DNA from: an uncultured Polyangiales bacterium
GTDB lineage: Bacteria > Myxococcota_A > Polyangia > Polyangiales > DASUME01
Direction of reading: 5' to 3'
Assembly: GCA_964515685.1 (NCBI GenBank)
Contig: CAZEWA010000003.1
Location: 1 to 61,758, forward strand
DNA length: 61,758 nucleotides
Numbering within the stretch: the stretch's first letter is position 1; each line of letters opens with the position of its first letter. This document shows, piece by piece, positions 27,083 through 37,065 of the stretch. The translations under genes were made by a program, and so were the position numbers. The notes beneath the pieces are model-generated. The model saw only the letters and a list, made by a program, of their open reading frames with translations. It ran no database searches and was not told the origin of the DNA.

Positions 27083-27467
27083 CGTGCCACCTCATGCGAA
27101 ATAGGTTCGAGCCCTGAGCAAGAGGCGTGCCTCGATTGAGGGCGGGCTTCATGGCGCCCGCTTTCAGGCCTAGTGCCCCGGGGCGTACAGACCCAAATGC
27201 GCCGCTTTCACCAAGTTTTTAGTACGATACGCGGCAGGCTCGGCGTTGCGGGCGACGACTCGGCCCGTGACGCGTGCGCCATGGATCACGCAGGACCCAG
27301 CATTTTTCCTGGCCTAAACCAGGGCCCGGCGCAGTGCCCAGCATCTGCCCTCAGCGCCAGCACGGCTTTGGGGGATCGCGCTTGCGGCGATCGCGCAATG
27401 CGTGCGCTGAGGAGGCCTGCGAGGCCGCAGCCCACACGCGGCCCAGAAGCCAGGCTATGCTCGCCGG

Positions 27468-28727
27468 ATGGCTTCCATTCTGCACAATCCCTACGCGTGG
27501 CTGGTGTTTGTCGCCCTCGTCGGGCAGTATCTGGTCAGCGTAGTCGCGGATGTACTGAACCAGCGTGCGATGCAGTCGGAGCTGCCGAGAGAGTTCAGCG
27601 AGGTCTACGCGGAGGAGACCTACGCGCGCTCGCAGGCATACAACCGGGCGCGCCTGCGCTTTGCGCAGTGGCCGCGCAGTGCGGCGCTAGTGGTGCTGCT
27701 CGGCGTCTGGTTAGGGGGCGGTTTCGAGTGGCTGGATCAGACGCTGCGCAGCTTGGGCTTTGGGCCCATCGTCACGGGGTTGTTCTTTTTCGGCGTGTTG
27801 CTGCTCGCGCAGGGCTTGCTCGGTTTGCCGTTTCGTCTTTACAGCACCTTCGTGATCGAGGAGCGCTTCGGCTTCAATCGCACCACCGTACGCACGTTCG
27901 TGAGCGATCTAGCTAAGTCGATCTTGCTCGGATCGCTGCTCGGCGGTGCCTTCGGCGCCTTGCTGCTGTTGTTGTTTCAAGAGGCTGGGGTCTGGGCCTG
28001 GCTCGTGTGTTGGGCAGTCACTGCGCTTCTGATTCTGTTGCTGCAGTTCGTGGCGCCACGCTGGCTGATGCCGCTCTTCATCAAGTTCACGCCGCTCGAG
28101 GAAGGCAGTCTGCGCAGTCGCATCATGGAGTACGCGCACTCGGTGACGTTCCCGGTGCAGAACCTGTTCGTGGTGGATGGCTCGCGGCGCTCGAGCAAGG
28201 CCAACGCCTTCTTTGCAGGGTTTGGCAGCAATCGCCGCATCGGGCTGTTCGATACGCTTATCGAGCGGCACTCTACCGAAGAAATCGTGGCCATCGTGGC
28301 GCACGAGGTGGGGCACTACAAAAAGCGCCATGTGATCCAGGGCATGTTCTGGAGCATCGCGCAGCTGGGCCTCGTGTTTTTCGTATTTGGAACATTCATG
28401 CAAAAGGAGGCGCTGTTCGAGGCCTTCCGCATGAGCACCCCGTCTGACTACGCAGGGCTATTTCTGTGCACGCTCTTGTACGAACCGCTGGGATTGCTTT
28501 TCGGAGTGTTCATGCTGGCTCGCTCACGCCGCCATGAGTACGAAGCAGACGCCTTCGCTGCACAGACAACAGGCAGTGCAGACGCACTCGCGGCGGGGCT
28601 CAAAAAGCTCGCAACCGATAGCCTGAGCAATCTGACGCCGCATCCGTTTTACGTGCGCTTGCACTACACGCACCCGCCCTTGGTGGAACGCATCGCCGCG
28701 CTGCGCGCCAGTGCGCCGGCACGCTGA
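27468..28727 (+). CDS. M48-family zinc metalloprotease (Ste24/HtpX-like, N-terminal membrane domain)
   Basis: 419 aa. Several TM helices, HEXXH motif VAHEVGHYKKRH and downstream EYEADAFA. Confidence 0.9.
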   Translation: MASILHNPYAWLVFVALVGQYLVSVVADVLNQRAMQSELPREFSEVYAEETYARSQAYNRARLRFAQWPRSAALVVLLGVWLGGGFEWLDQTLRSLGFGPIVTGLFFFGVLLLAQGLLGLPFRLYSTFVIEERFGFNRTTVRTFVSDLAKSILLGSLLGGAFGALLLLLFQEAGVWAWLVCWAVTALLILLLQFVAPRWLMPLFIKFTPLEEGSLRSRIMEYAHSVTFPVQNLFVVDGSRRSSKANAFFAGFGSNRRIGLFDTLIERHSTEEIVAIVAHEVGHYKKRHVIQGMFWSIAQLGLVFFVFGTFMQKEALFEAFRMSTPSDYAGLFLCTLLYEPLGLLFGVFMLARSRRHEYEADAFAAQTTGSADALAAGLKKLATDSLSNLTPHPFYVRLHYTHPPLVERIAALRASAPAR

Positions 28728-28854
28728 CACACGCGCGATTCGCGTAGGAGCACGCTCGAACGCAGCTTTTGGAGCGTTGATAGGAGCGGCACGCAGTCTA
28801 ATCGGGTGCAGCTCATCCAGCTTTCGATATCAGGAGTGTGGCAGGGGAGAGCGA

Positions 28855-29619
28855 CTAGCTGGTTTCGGCGTAGCGCCACGGCTGCAAGTGTCGGCCGAGA
28901 CGCTCGAGCGCCCAGTCGCTGAGCTTGCCGCACAGTGCAAATAAGAACAGCGCGGCGATGATGAGCTCGGGCCGACTCGTGGTTTGTCCGTCGACCATCA
29001 GGTAGCCGAGCCCTTTACTGGCGCCCATGAGTTCGGCGGCCACAACGAACATCCAGCCGAGGCCCAGACCGCTGCGGAGTCCGGTCAGATATGAAGGCAG
29101 CGCGGCAGGTAGCAAGACGCTGCGCGCCAAGCGAAAGCCGCTGTACTCAAACACATGGGCGACCTCGAGCAGACGTGGGTCGATGGCGTGAATGCCGCTC
29201 ATGAGATTGAGGTAGACGGGAAAGAACACGCCGACGCCGATCAAGGCCACCTTGGAGCTTTCCTTTATGCCCAACCAAAGCAAAAAGAGCGGCACCCAGG
29301 CCAGCGACGGAATACTGCGCAGTGCCTGCAGCAAAGGGTCGAGCAAGCCATGCAGAAAGCGGCTGCGCCCCGTGAGCACGCCGAAGAGAGTGCCTAGCCA
29401 TGCACCCAGGCTGAAGCCCAACAGTACGCGTAAGATCGTCGCCGAGAGGTGTGCCATGAGGCTGCCGTCACGCTGCAACGAAAGCAGACTCTCGCCGGCG
29501 GCGCTCGGCGGCGGCAGCAGGTTAGCGCTGACGAGGCCTAGGCGCGCCGCAAGTTCCCAGCTGCCCAGTAGGCAAACCGGCAGCACGAGGCCGATGGAGC
29601 CTAAGCGCTGCGTACTCAT
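28855..29619 (-). CDS. ABC transporter permease, NitT/TauT (sulfonate/nitrate/taurine) family
   Basis: 254 aa, six hydrophobic segments. BPD-transporter EAA-like region (LEVAHVFEYSGFRLARSVLLPAALP). Confidence 0.9.
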   Translation of the reverse strand: MSTQRLGSIGLVLPVCLLGSWELAARLGLVSANLLPPPSAAGESLLSLQRDGSLMAHLSATILRVLLGFSLGAWLGTLFGVLTGRSRFLHGLLDPLLQALRSIPSLAWVPLFLLWLGIKESSKVALIGVGVFFPVYLNLMSGIHAIDPRLLEVAHVFEYSGFRLARSVLLPAALPSYLTGLRSGLGLGWMFVVAAELMGASKGLGYLMVDGQTTSRPELIIAALFLFALCGKLSDWALERLGRHLQPWRYAETS

Positions 29620-30605
29620 CGAGTGAGGTCGGCCGAGAAGCTTGAGTCGACAAGTGCTGTGGCCACCGCAGACACGTCTGCTTCTGGCTTGATCACGGCG
29701 CTACGCTTGAGCACATCGCCTGCTGCTAGAATGGCCTGCTTCTGCACGTCGCCGATGCCCGAGGACGTGATGTCGGTGCGCTTGAGCACAAGCGTCGCTA
29801 CGGCGTCCTTGAGGCCGGCTTCCTTGATCAACGAGGCCTGAAGCTCGTCTGGATGAGCGAGCGCATGGGCCCGTGCGCGCTCGTAGGCGTCGATGACCTT
29901 CTTGACGTACTGCGGATATTTGGCAGCGAAGTCTTCGCGCACATTGAGCACGCCGTAAGTATTCCAGTCGGGGCTGCGGAAGAAGAGCTTCGCGCCGCTG
30001 TCGAGCTCGAGCGTAGCCATCAGCGGGTCGAGGCCGGCCCAGGCATCCACATCGCCGCGCTCGAGTGCGGCCTTACCATCCGCGTGCTGGAGCGGAATCA
30101 GTTCGATGTCTTTCTCGCTGAGGTTCTTGGAGTCGAGCGCCCGTAGCAGAAACACAAAGGGGTCGGTGCCGCGTGTGGCCGCGACCTTCTTGCCGCGGAG
30201 ATCCTCGATGCTCTGAATGCCAGAGTTCGCACGAGTCACGAGCGCAGTCCATTCGGGCTTGGAGTACACGTACACGGAGCGAATCGGATTGCCGTTGGCG
30301 CGTGCAAGCAGAGCAGCGGCGCCCGCGGTGGAGCCAAAATCGACACTGCTGGAGTTGAGGAATTCGAGCGCCTTGTTCGAGCCCAGGCTTTTTACCCACT
30401 CCACCTTGATGCCGTCCTCGCGCAAGGCCTCTTCGAGGAACCCCTTGTCCTTGAGCAAGAGTCCCACGGGGTTGTAGGTGGCGTAGTCGAGCCGCAGGGA
30501 TTCAGGCCTTCCTTCCTTGGTGCAGGCGGTGAACAGCAGCGTTGCGATGGTCGCTCGCAGTAAGAGAGAAAGCATCGGAGATAGTAGAGTAGAGCGTTGG
30601 GTCAT
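29616..30605 (-). CDS. ABC substrate-binding lipoprotein, SsuA/NMT1-like (aliphatic sulfonate type)
   Basis: 329 aa. Lipobox LFTAC. LRLDYATYNPVGLLLKDKGFLEE, LRGKKVAATRGTDPFVFLLRAL, DVDAWAGLDP. Confidence 0.85.
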   Translation of the reverse strand: MTQRSTLLSPMLSLLLRATIATLLFTACTKEGRPESLRLDYATYNPVGLLLKDKGFLEEALREDGIKVEWVKSLGSNKALEFLNSSSVDFGSTAGAAALLARANGNPIRSVYVYSKPEWTALVTRANSGIQSIEDLRGKKVAATRGTDPFVFLLRALDSKNLSEKDIELIPLQHADGKAALERGDVDAWAGLDPLMATLELDSGAKLFFRSPDWNTYGVLNVREDFAAKYPQYVKKVIDAYERARAHALAHPDELQASLIKEAGLKDAVATLVLKRTDITSSGIGDVQKQAILAAGDVLKRSAVIKPEADVSAVATALVDSSFSADLTR

Positions 30606-31438
30606 GGTTCCTCGATCGGGATGGAGACGGGGTCTACAAGACGGTAAGGTGTGGTTGCGCGTGCAGGCTGCGGTAGAGCTTCCGCTCGCAGTGCTTGCAT
30701 AATCTGGCGTCGAACGGCGGCGAAGGCCGCGCTCGTGCGATCGCGTGGTCGAGCAAGGTCGACTACAAACTCGTGCGTGATGGCACCAGGTCGCCCCGAC
30801 ATCACAACGATGCGGTTCGCAAGGAATACGGCTTCCTCGATGTCGTGGGTCACGAGCAGCAGCGTGGTGTGGCCAAACCCGAGGATGCGCAGGATTTCCT
30901 CCTGCAGCAGGACCTTGGTCAGAGCATCGAGCGCGCCGAAAGGTTCGTCGAGCAGCAATACGCGCGGTTGTGCGGCGAGCGCCCGTGCCAAGGCAGCGCG
31001 TTGTGCCATGCCGCCGGAGAGCTGGTGGGGGTAGGCACGCTCAAAACCTGACAGGCCGACCAGGGCGATGTGATCTAGGACGATGCTCGCCTCTTGCTTG
31101 CGGTCTCTGGCGCGTACGCCAAAGGCAACGTTTTCGGCCACCGTGAGCCAAGGCATCAAGCGATGCTCTTGAAACAACAGACCTCGGTCGAAGCCAGGTT
31201 TTTGATGCGTGACGTCGGCGCCCGCTAAATCGACGCGACCCTGATGCTCGCGTTCGAGGCCGGCTGCGATGCGCAGCAACGTACTCTTACCACAGCCACT
31301 GGTGCCGACGACGACGACGATTTCGCCTTGCTCGAGATGCAGGTCGACAGTCCGTAGGCCTGCGCCACGGGCGCGCTCGCCGGTGTCGAAGAGCTTGGAG
31401 ACTCTTCGTAAACTCAGTAGGGGCGGGTTCGCGGTCAT
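30602..31438 (-). CDS. ABC transporter ATP-binding protein (NitT/TauT family)
   Basis: Walker A VGTSGCGKSTLL, signature LSGGMAQRAALARAL, Walker B LLLDEPFGALD. Confidence 0.9.
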   Translation of the reverse strand: MTANPPLLSLRRVSKLFDTGERARGAGLRTVDLHLEQGEIVVVVGTSGCGKSTLLRIAAGLEREHQGRVDLAGADVTHQKPGFDRGLLFQEHRLMPWLTVAENVAFGVRARDRKQEASIVLDHIALVGLSGFERAYPHQLSGGMAQRAALARALAAQPRVLLLDEPFGALDALTKVLLQEEILRILGFGHTTLLLVTHDIEEAVFLANRIVVMSGRPGAITHEFVVDLARPRDRTSAAFAAVRRQIMQALRAEALPQPARATTPYRLVDPVSIPIEEP

Positions 31439-31441
31439 GGG

Positions 31442-32227
31442 TCAGGCCTCCTCAACGCCGAAGCGCGCGCACAGCGCCCGTGCCAGCGCATCGAGTAGAA
31501 AGCCCAAGCTGCCGATGACCAGGATCATCGCCATCAATTCTGAGTAGGCCAGGCGATCGCGCGTATCGAGGATGTAGTAGCCGAGGCCGGCGCTGACACC
31601 GAGCATCTCGCAAGGAACGAGCACGATCCATAGCGCACCGATGGCGAGTCGTGTGCCTGTGAGGACATGGCTCAGCACGCCTGGGACTACGATATGCCGC
31701 AGCAACTCGCTGCGTGTTGCGCTCAAACTGGCTCCGAGCTCCATCAGACGTGGGTCGAGTGCCTTTACGCCTGCGGCGGTACTCAGCACGACCGGCCACA
31801 CGGCGACGAAGCTCAGCAGGTAATAGATGGGTTGGTCTCCCACGCCAAAGGCCATCACAGCCATCGGCATGAGTGAGAGTGGCGAAATCATTCGCAGGAA
31901 CTGGAAGGCCGCCGAGGTAGTCGAAGCCACGTGCTGAAAGCTTCCGACCAGGAGGCCGAGCGGAATGCCTATCGTGAGTGCGGCGCCGAGACCGATGCCA
32001 ATCCGCCGCAGGCTTACAAACAGGTGTCGAGCGAGCTCGGGACCTGTCAGCAGTTCGTACAGGCTTGCCAGTGCGGGTGAAGGTGCAAAGCGAGGCGCCA
32101 TGGCTCCCGTTTCGACACTGCCGCGTGTCACAAGCCACCAGAACACAAAAAGCAGTAAGAGTCCCGCGGTAGGCAAAGCCAGGCGAGCTGTATCCGAGGG
32201 GCGCGAAGCTTTCGAGTCGAGGTTCAC
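31442..32227 (-). CDS. ABC transporter permease, NitT/TauT family
   Basis: 261 aa multi-TM protein. LMELGASLSATRSELLRHIVVPGVLSHV EAA-type loop. Confidence 0.9.
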   Translation of the reverse strand: MNLDSKASRPSDTARLALPTAGLLLLFVFWWLVTRGSVETGAMAPRFAPSPALASLYELLTGPELARHLFVSLRRIGIGLGAALTIGIPLGLLVGSFQHVASTTSAAFQFLRMISPLSLMPMAVMAFGVGDQPIYYLLSFVAVWPVVLSTAAGVKALDPRLMELGASLSATRSELLRHIVVPGVLSHVLTGTRLAIGALWIVLVPCEMLGVSAGLGYYILDTRDRLAYSELMAMILVIGSLGFLLDALARALCARFGVEEA

Positions 32228-33426
32228 GTTGCGGTGATAAATTCGGTGCGTGTCAACGAATCTGGAAAGCCGAAGGCCTTGAGTCCACCGAGGCGTTCCA
32301 GTGCTTTCTTGACGAAGCGGTTGTCGACCAGTTCGCGGGCGGCCTGCTTCGGCTCGAGTTTCTGCAGAAAGCTCGCGTCTCCCTCGACCTGAGTAATCTG
32401 CATGCTTGCAATCAGCTTCTCAGTGTAACTCACAAACGGATAGGGCTGGAAATCGATGCGCTGCACGTCCCAGTCTTTGTGCAAGAGAGCGCGCCCGGCG
32501 AGGTACGTTGCGCGGTCTGCGGCCGGAGGCGCGAGGACCTTACTCAAGACCTCCACGCTGTGAGGCGTGTAGTGATTCTTGCCTTCCTTCGACAGAATGC
32601 GCGCGGTCTCGCTGCGGTTGCGTTTCGCCCAGTGCTGGGCCTCCACGAGTGCGCTGACCACTTTTTCTGACCACTCTGGGCGCTGCTGTAGATCGCGCTC
32701 GTGCATGAATACTACGCAGCAGGCGTGATCCTTCCAGATGTCGCCCGTGAAGCGCAGCACCTTGCCGATCTTGAGTGCTTCAGCGGCTGCGTTGAACGGC
32801 TCGGCCACGATGTAGCCAGCGATTTGGCCCGAGGCGAGCGCAGGTGGCATGTCCGAGGGAGCCATCACCACGAGCTTGACCTCCTTGGGGCCTACGCTGT
32901 CACCGCGCAATACGGGCTTGAGCCCGTGGGCTCTGAGCAGGTCCTGCAGCACGATATTGTGGATCGAGTACCAGAAAGGTACGGCGACGGTCTTGCCAGC
33001 GAGATCGGCAGGCGTGGAGATGTCGAGTCGCACGGTGAGGGCCGAACCATTGACGTGGTTCCAGGCGACCACCTTGGCCGGGACCTTACTGCCGAAGCGT
33101 GCCCAGACTGTCATGGGCGACAGCAAGTGGACCACATTGACTTGGCCTGCGATGAACGCCTCGACGAGCTGCGCCCAAGTCCGAAACATGCGCGGTGGCT
33201 CGACCTCGAGGCTGGCCTTGGCGTACAGACCTCGCTCGTGTGCAACCAAGAGAGGTGTGGCGTCTGTGATCGGAAGATATCCGATGCGCACGGGTGCGTT
33301 GGGGTCGTCCTTGGCGCGCGCTTCGGCAGCGCGTAAAAGTGGTGTGGCGCCCACGCCGAGCAGCGCCGCAAGTTTGAGCAGATCGCGGCGGGAATGGGTC
33401 TTGAGATCATCACACGAGCTGCACAT
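32224..33426 (-). CDS. ABC substrate-binding protein, NrtA/CmpA-like, probable Tat signal
   Basis: Preferred start MCSSCDDLKTHSRRDLLKLAALLGVGATPLL (twin-arginine-type signal; ATG at 33426). VRIGYLPITDATPLLVAHERGLYAK...VNVVHLLSPM resembles nitrate/bicarbonate/cyanate-type binding proteins. The track ORF extends to 33582. Confidence 0.8.
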   Translation of the reverse strand: MCSSCDDLKTHSRRDLLKLAALLGVGATPLLRAAEARAKDDPNAPVRIGYLPITDATPLLVAHERGLYAKASLEVEPPRMFRTWAQLVEAFIAGQVNVVHLLSPMTVWARFGSKVPAKVVAWNHVNGSALTVRLDISTPADLAGKTVAVPFWYSIHNIVLQDLLRAHGLKPVLRGDSVGPKEVKLVVMAPSDMPPALASGQIAGYIVAEPFNAAAEALKIGKVLRFTGDIWKDHACCVVFMHERDLQQRPEWSEKVVSALVEAQHWAKRNRSETARILSKEGKNHYTPHSVEVLSKVLAPPAADRATYLAGRALLHKDWDVQRIDFQPYPFVSYTEKLIASMQITQVEGDASFLQKLEPKQAARELVDNRFVKKALERLGGLKAFGFPDSLTRTEFITAT

Positions 33427-34252
33427 ACGGAGACTCCTTGCTGGCAGGCAAACGATTTGGTTCAGCGCTTCGATTTGGGGTGACGAGAGCGTCGAGAATG
33501 GAGCGCTTGAGCTCCAGTAGTGCCGTTTCGGACGTAGGCCTGCGCTTGGGGCCAGTGCGCTCGACGTGCCAGCAGCGGACAAGGCGTGCAGGTCGGCCTG
33601 ACAGTAGCAGTACGCGGTCGGACAGGCGCAGGGCTTCGTCGATGTCGTGGGTGCTCAAGAGAATCGTCGTCTGTTTGCGCTGCGAAGGCGACAGGAGCAG
33701 CTGTTGCAGGTCTGAGCGTGTCAGCGCGTCTAGCGCGGCGAACGGTTCGTCGAGCAGCATGACCTGCGGCTTACGTGCGAGGTAGCGCGCGAAGGCTGCG
33801 CGCTGGGCCATACCTCCTGAAAGCTGGGCGGGACGTACGTTGCGTGCTTGTTTCAGTCCGACACGCGAGATGGCGTTCGCCACGCGTTCGGCTAGTTCTT
33901 GGTGCGAGAGCTTGGGCTGACTCTTGAAATTCAGACCCAAGGCGACGTTTTCTTCGAGCGTAAGCCAGGGCAGAAGGCGTGCCTCTTGGAAGACCATGGC
34001 CACTGCCGGAGAAGGCTTGTTTAAGGGCGTTCCCCGTAGCCAAATGCTACCTTCCTGCGGTTTGAGCAGACCGGACAGCACCCGCAGGAGGCTCGATTTG
34101 CCGACGCCACTTTGTCCGATCACAGAAACGATCTCGCCCGGCCGTAGCTCGAGCTGAATCTTCGCGAAGACCAAGCCTTGGCCCGACGTCGACCCGTAGC
34201 CAAAGCTCAGGCCACGGGCTTCGAGGGTTGGTGCGGCACCTTGGGAAATCAT
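33410..34252 (-). CDS. ABC transporter ATP-binding protein (NitT/TauT family)
   Basis: Walker A VIGQSGVGKSSLL, signature LSGGMAQRAAFARYL, Walker B MLLDEPFAALD. I chose the ATG at 34252 (ATGA overlap with the upstream gene's stop at 34249). Confidence 0.9.
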   Translation of the reverse strand: MISQGAAPTLEARGLSFGYGSTSGQGLVFAKIQLELRPGEIVSVIGQSGVGKSSLLRVLSGLLKPQEGSIWLRGTPLNKPSPAVAMVFQEARLLPWLTLEENVALGLNFKSQPKLSHQELAERVANAISRVGLKQARNVRPAQLSGGMAQRAAFARYLARKPQVMLLDEPFAALDALTRSDLQQLLLSPSQRKQTTILLSTHDIDEALRLSDRVLLLSGRPARLVRCWHVERTGPKRRPTSETALLELKRSILDALVTPNRSAEPNRLPASKESPYVQLV

Positions 34253-35316
34253 GCGCGCTCCTGTACCGCGTGCCGCACAAGCTCCGCGCGCAGCTGCACC
34301 ACGCTCGGTGTGACGATCGGAAGAAAGCATGCTTCCCGCCAACGCCGTGCGAAACCTCCGCTACCTGAAAGGTAGGCCCGGCCGCCCTGTGCCATCAGTT
34401 CGAGTCCGACACTCGCGGTGGCAACCTCGATCAAGCGTAGGCGCAACGCAAACAAGCATGCAGGCGACGTCGCAAATTGGCCTTGCTGTAGGCCGTTCGT
34501 CAGCTCGCGAACGCCAAGCTCAAGCCAGCGCTCCTGCTCGAGGCGCGAGTTGGCGAGTACGCTGCGCGCTGAGCCCGTCACTCGCCGTGTATGGTTCAGG
34601 CTCGCGCGCGCCAAGCCCACGGCGAGCGCCGTCTGGAAGGCCAAGAATGTGGGCCGCACGGCGCTGAGAAATTGAGGGGCGTTTGGATGCAACATAAAGG
34701 ACTCGCCGAGCTCCACCTCGTGAAGCGTGAGCGCTGCCGTGTTGCTGCTCCTGAGTCCAATCAGCGCGAGGTCATCGCTGCGCACGAGGCCGCGAACCGT
34801 CTGCGGCACGGCGAAGATCGATGGCGCGCGCGAGGCGCCGTGGTCGACCGCGCAGGCCACGATGAAGCCCTGTTTGCGAAGGTTGGTGACCCAGGGCAAA
34901 TGACCCGAGAGCTGAAAGCCCGATGCGACAGCCTCTGCGTTCACCTGAAGCTCCTCGACGCCCGAAAGAAATTTCATGGCATTCGAGAGCCCGCTGGCCC
35001 CTGCGAGCTTGCCCGTTAGGAGGTCCGGTAGGAGCGCGGCGCGCAAATCGTGATCCGGCATGTGGAGTAGGTACTCAATGAAGGTGCGCTGCCCCCAAAG
35101 TACAAACGCAGCCGTCAGCGAGTGCTCAGCGACGGCAGCGATAAGCTCGACGACATCCGCCGCAGATCCGTTGCTGCCGCCCCAGTGCGCGGGGACGCCC
35201 ACGCCGAAAGCTTGCGCCGCAGCCAGACGCGGAATGATATCTTCTGCGGAGGCTGGGCTGCAGTCGAGAGCGTCTGCGTAGACCGTAAGCCAGTCGTGTA
35301 GTGAGGAGTCGAGCAT
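34249..35316 (-). CDS. Acyl-CoA dehydrogenase-fold protein (type-2; possibly a flavin-dependent monooxygenase of the SfnB/DszC kind)
   Basis: 355 aa. ACAD-like N-terminal and middle regions (HSLTAAFVLWGQ, LAGASGLSN, GHLPWVTN) and a C-terminal helical domain (LELMAQGGRAYL). The functional subtype is inference from its operon context with ABC importers. Confidence 0.7.
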   Translation of the reverse strand: MLDSSLHDWLTVYADALDCSPASAEDIIPRLAAAQAFGVGVPAHWGGSNGSAADVVELIAAVAEHSLTAAFVLWGQRTFIEYLLHMPDHDLRAALLPDLLTGKLAGASGLSNAMKFLSGVEELQVNAEAVASGFQLSGHLPWVTNLRKQGFIVACAVDHGASRAPSIFAVPQTVRGLVRSDDLALIGLRSSNTAALTLHEVELGESFMLHPNAPQFLSAVRPTFLAFQTALAVGLARASLNHTRRVTGSARSVLANSRLEQERWLELGVRELTNGLQQGQFATSPACLFALRLRLIEVATASVGLELMAQGGRAYLSGSGGFARRWREACFLPIVTPSVVQLRAELVRHAVQERA

Positions 35317-35376
35317 GGGGGGCTATATTCCGGTTTCGGTGCGCGGCCGACGCGCACGGCTAAGCAAGACACGGGC

Positions 35377-35949
35377 CTAACCCGCGAGGGTCTCGGGATC
35401 TTGCTGCCAGCGGTGTTCGTGCAGCTCTGGATTGAGAGGCGGTTGTCCGAGGTTGTTGGCGAAGTTGCAGAGGGTTGCGAGACTGACTCCGAGCACCACT
35501 TGCAGTGCGCTCGATGCGTCGTAACCGCCTGCGTAGAACGCCTCCAAGTCAGGTGTGGCCACGTTTCCCCTGTGACTAATCACGGCCCGCACGAAGCGAG
35601 CCAGGATCTCCAACCGGGAATTCTCCAGGGCGCGCCCTTCTCGTATGTCTGCAAGCTGTGAGGGCACCATCTTCACAAGCTTTTGGGAGATGGCGGTGTG
35701 GCCCGCGACGCAGAATGCGCAGCCGTGGGTTCTGGCTGCTACGAGCTGCACAACTTCGCGCTCTTCAAGTGTCAGCGAGCCCTTGGCATTGAGCTTGGAG
35801 AGCGTCAGATAGGCTTCCAGCGCCTCGGGCGCGTGGGCCAGCGTTGCAAGAAGATTGGAAAGGTAGCCATTGGTTTGAACCGCCTGCCGAAGTAGGGGCT
35901 GTGCCGCAGCGGGAGCTGAATCGAGATCATGGAGCGGAATACGCGTCAT
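35377..35949 (-). CDS. Carboxymuconolactone decarboxylase / AhpD-like family protein
   Basis: The CxxC motif in ARTHGCAFCVAGHTA is typical of the AhpD core. I prefer the start MTRIPLHDLD (35949); the track start is 35970. Confidence 0.8.
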   Translation of the reverse strand: MTRIPLHDLDSAPAAAQPLLRQAVQTNGYLSNLLATLAHAPEALEAYLTLSKLNAKGSLTLEEREVVQLVAARTHGCAFCVAGHTAISQKLVKMVPSQLADIREGRALENSRLEILARFVRAVISHRGNVATPDLEAFYAGGYDASSALQVVLGVSLATLCNFANNLGQPPLNPELHEHRWQQDPETLAG

Positions 35950-36075
35950 GGTGCTACTCCTGTCAGGCATCCAATCGAAAGTGCGATGGGTGCCTGCCTT
36001 GCTGCCCGATACTGCGCGCGAGGCGTAGCCGATGCCATGTCTGCAAATCTGTAATTTCTGCTCGATCGTCTGACT

Positions 36076-37065
36076 ATGCGCGACAGTCTCAGCCTACTCG
36101 ATTGGTTCCTGGCGAGTCTCGAACTCGAGGCCACGATATTTCATCGCGGCCAGTACTGCGGACGTTTTCGCGCTTCGACCTCTGGTCTTGGGCGCGCCAC
36201 GTTTCACTTGGTGGCGCGCGGGAGTTGTTGGTTTCATCGGCCCGGGCATGCACCCGTCGCCTTGCAAGCAGGTGACTCCGTGTTCTTGCTGCGCGATGGC
36301 CAGCACGCGCTGAGTTTCGAAGAGCACGTCTCGTTTGGTTCAGGCGAGCTCGTGCGTTTTGGGGAACTCCAAGCCATGCAGGCCATGGACGCGAACGAAC
36401 CCAGCTCGGTGGGGCTCGTGTGCGGCTTCTTCGACTTCAAGCCTGGTCTCAGTGCGATGATTGCCGAAGCCTTGCCGCAGCAGCTGTTGATTCGCAGCGG
36501 AGACGCGGAGATGGCTGCGATTCGCGGTGTAGTCGAGCTGATTGTTGCGGAGAGCGTAGCTGCAGGGGCTCTGTCGGCCGTGCTTGTGCAGCGCCTTACG
36601 GGGGTGCTCTTCATCTACGTCGTACGCCAACTGGCCTCTCGTGAAGGGCTTTCGCTCGGCGTGCTCGACACGGCTCGACACCACGATCTTGCGCGGGTTC
36701 TTCAGGGCTTGATCGCGGAGCCCAGTCGAGCCTGGTCTCTCGAAGAGATGGCTCGCGTGTGCGGCATGTCGCGTGCGACCTTCTTCAAGCACTTCCGCGA
36801 AGTGGCAGGCTGTTCACCCGTTGCATTTCTGCTCGCGCTGCGCGTGCATCTGGCAGCACAAAAGTTGCAGCGAGGTGAGACCGTGGAGAGGGTCGCGGAG
36901 GAGGTGGGCTATCACTCCGCGGCAGCCTTCGCGCGCGCTTTCAAGCGCGTCACGGGAAGAATGCCCGGTGGCTATCGTCGCGCGAGCCAAGAAAAAGAAG
37001 CTGTCAGCCCGAGCGTGGCCGGCCGCGAGCGACAGGATCAGAGACTGAAGGCGTTCACACGATGA
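36076..37065 (+). CDS. AraC-family transcriptional regulator (cupin-type N-terminal domain)
   Basis: C-terminal double HTH: LEEMARVCGMSRATFFKHFREVAG...VERVAEEVGYHSAAAFARAFKRVTG. It is divergent from the 35949-28855 operon. Confidence 0.85.
   Translation: MRDSLSLLDWFLASLELEATIFHRGQYCGRFRASTSGLGRATFHLVARGSCWFHRPGHAPVALQAGDSVFLLRDGQHALSFEEHVSFGSGELVRFGELQAMQAMDANEPSSVGLVCGFFDFKPGLSAMIAEALPQQLLIRSGDAEMAAIRGVVELIVAESVAAGALSAVLVQRLTGVLFIYVVRQLASREGLSLGVLDTARHHDLARVLQGLIAEPSRAWSLEEMARVCGMSRATFFKHFREVAGCSPVAFLLALRVHLAAQKLQRGETVERVAEEVGYHSAAAFARAFKRVTGRMPGGYRRASQEKEAVSPSVAGRERQDQRLKAFTR

Noticed and set aside
27150-27175. GCGGGC-N8-GCCCGC hairpin followed by TTTC in the 27083-27467 divergent intergenic region.
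   Set aside because: No upstream gene on the plus strand would terminate there, and the stem is short. It is probably fortuitous.
35988-36003. Sigma-54-like element GGGTGCCTGCCTTGCT upstream of the AraC gene.
   Set aside because: Only the GG/GC spacing and TTGC match. The -24 region is poor, no enhancer-binding protein gene is nearby, and chance occurrence in GC-rich DNA is likely.
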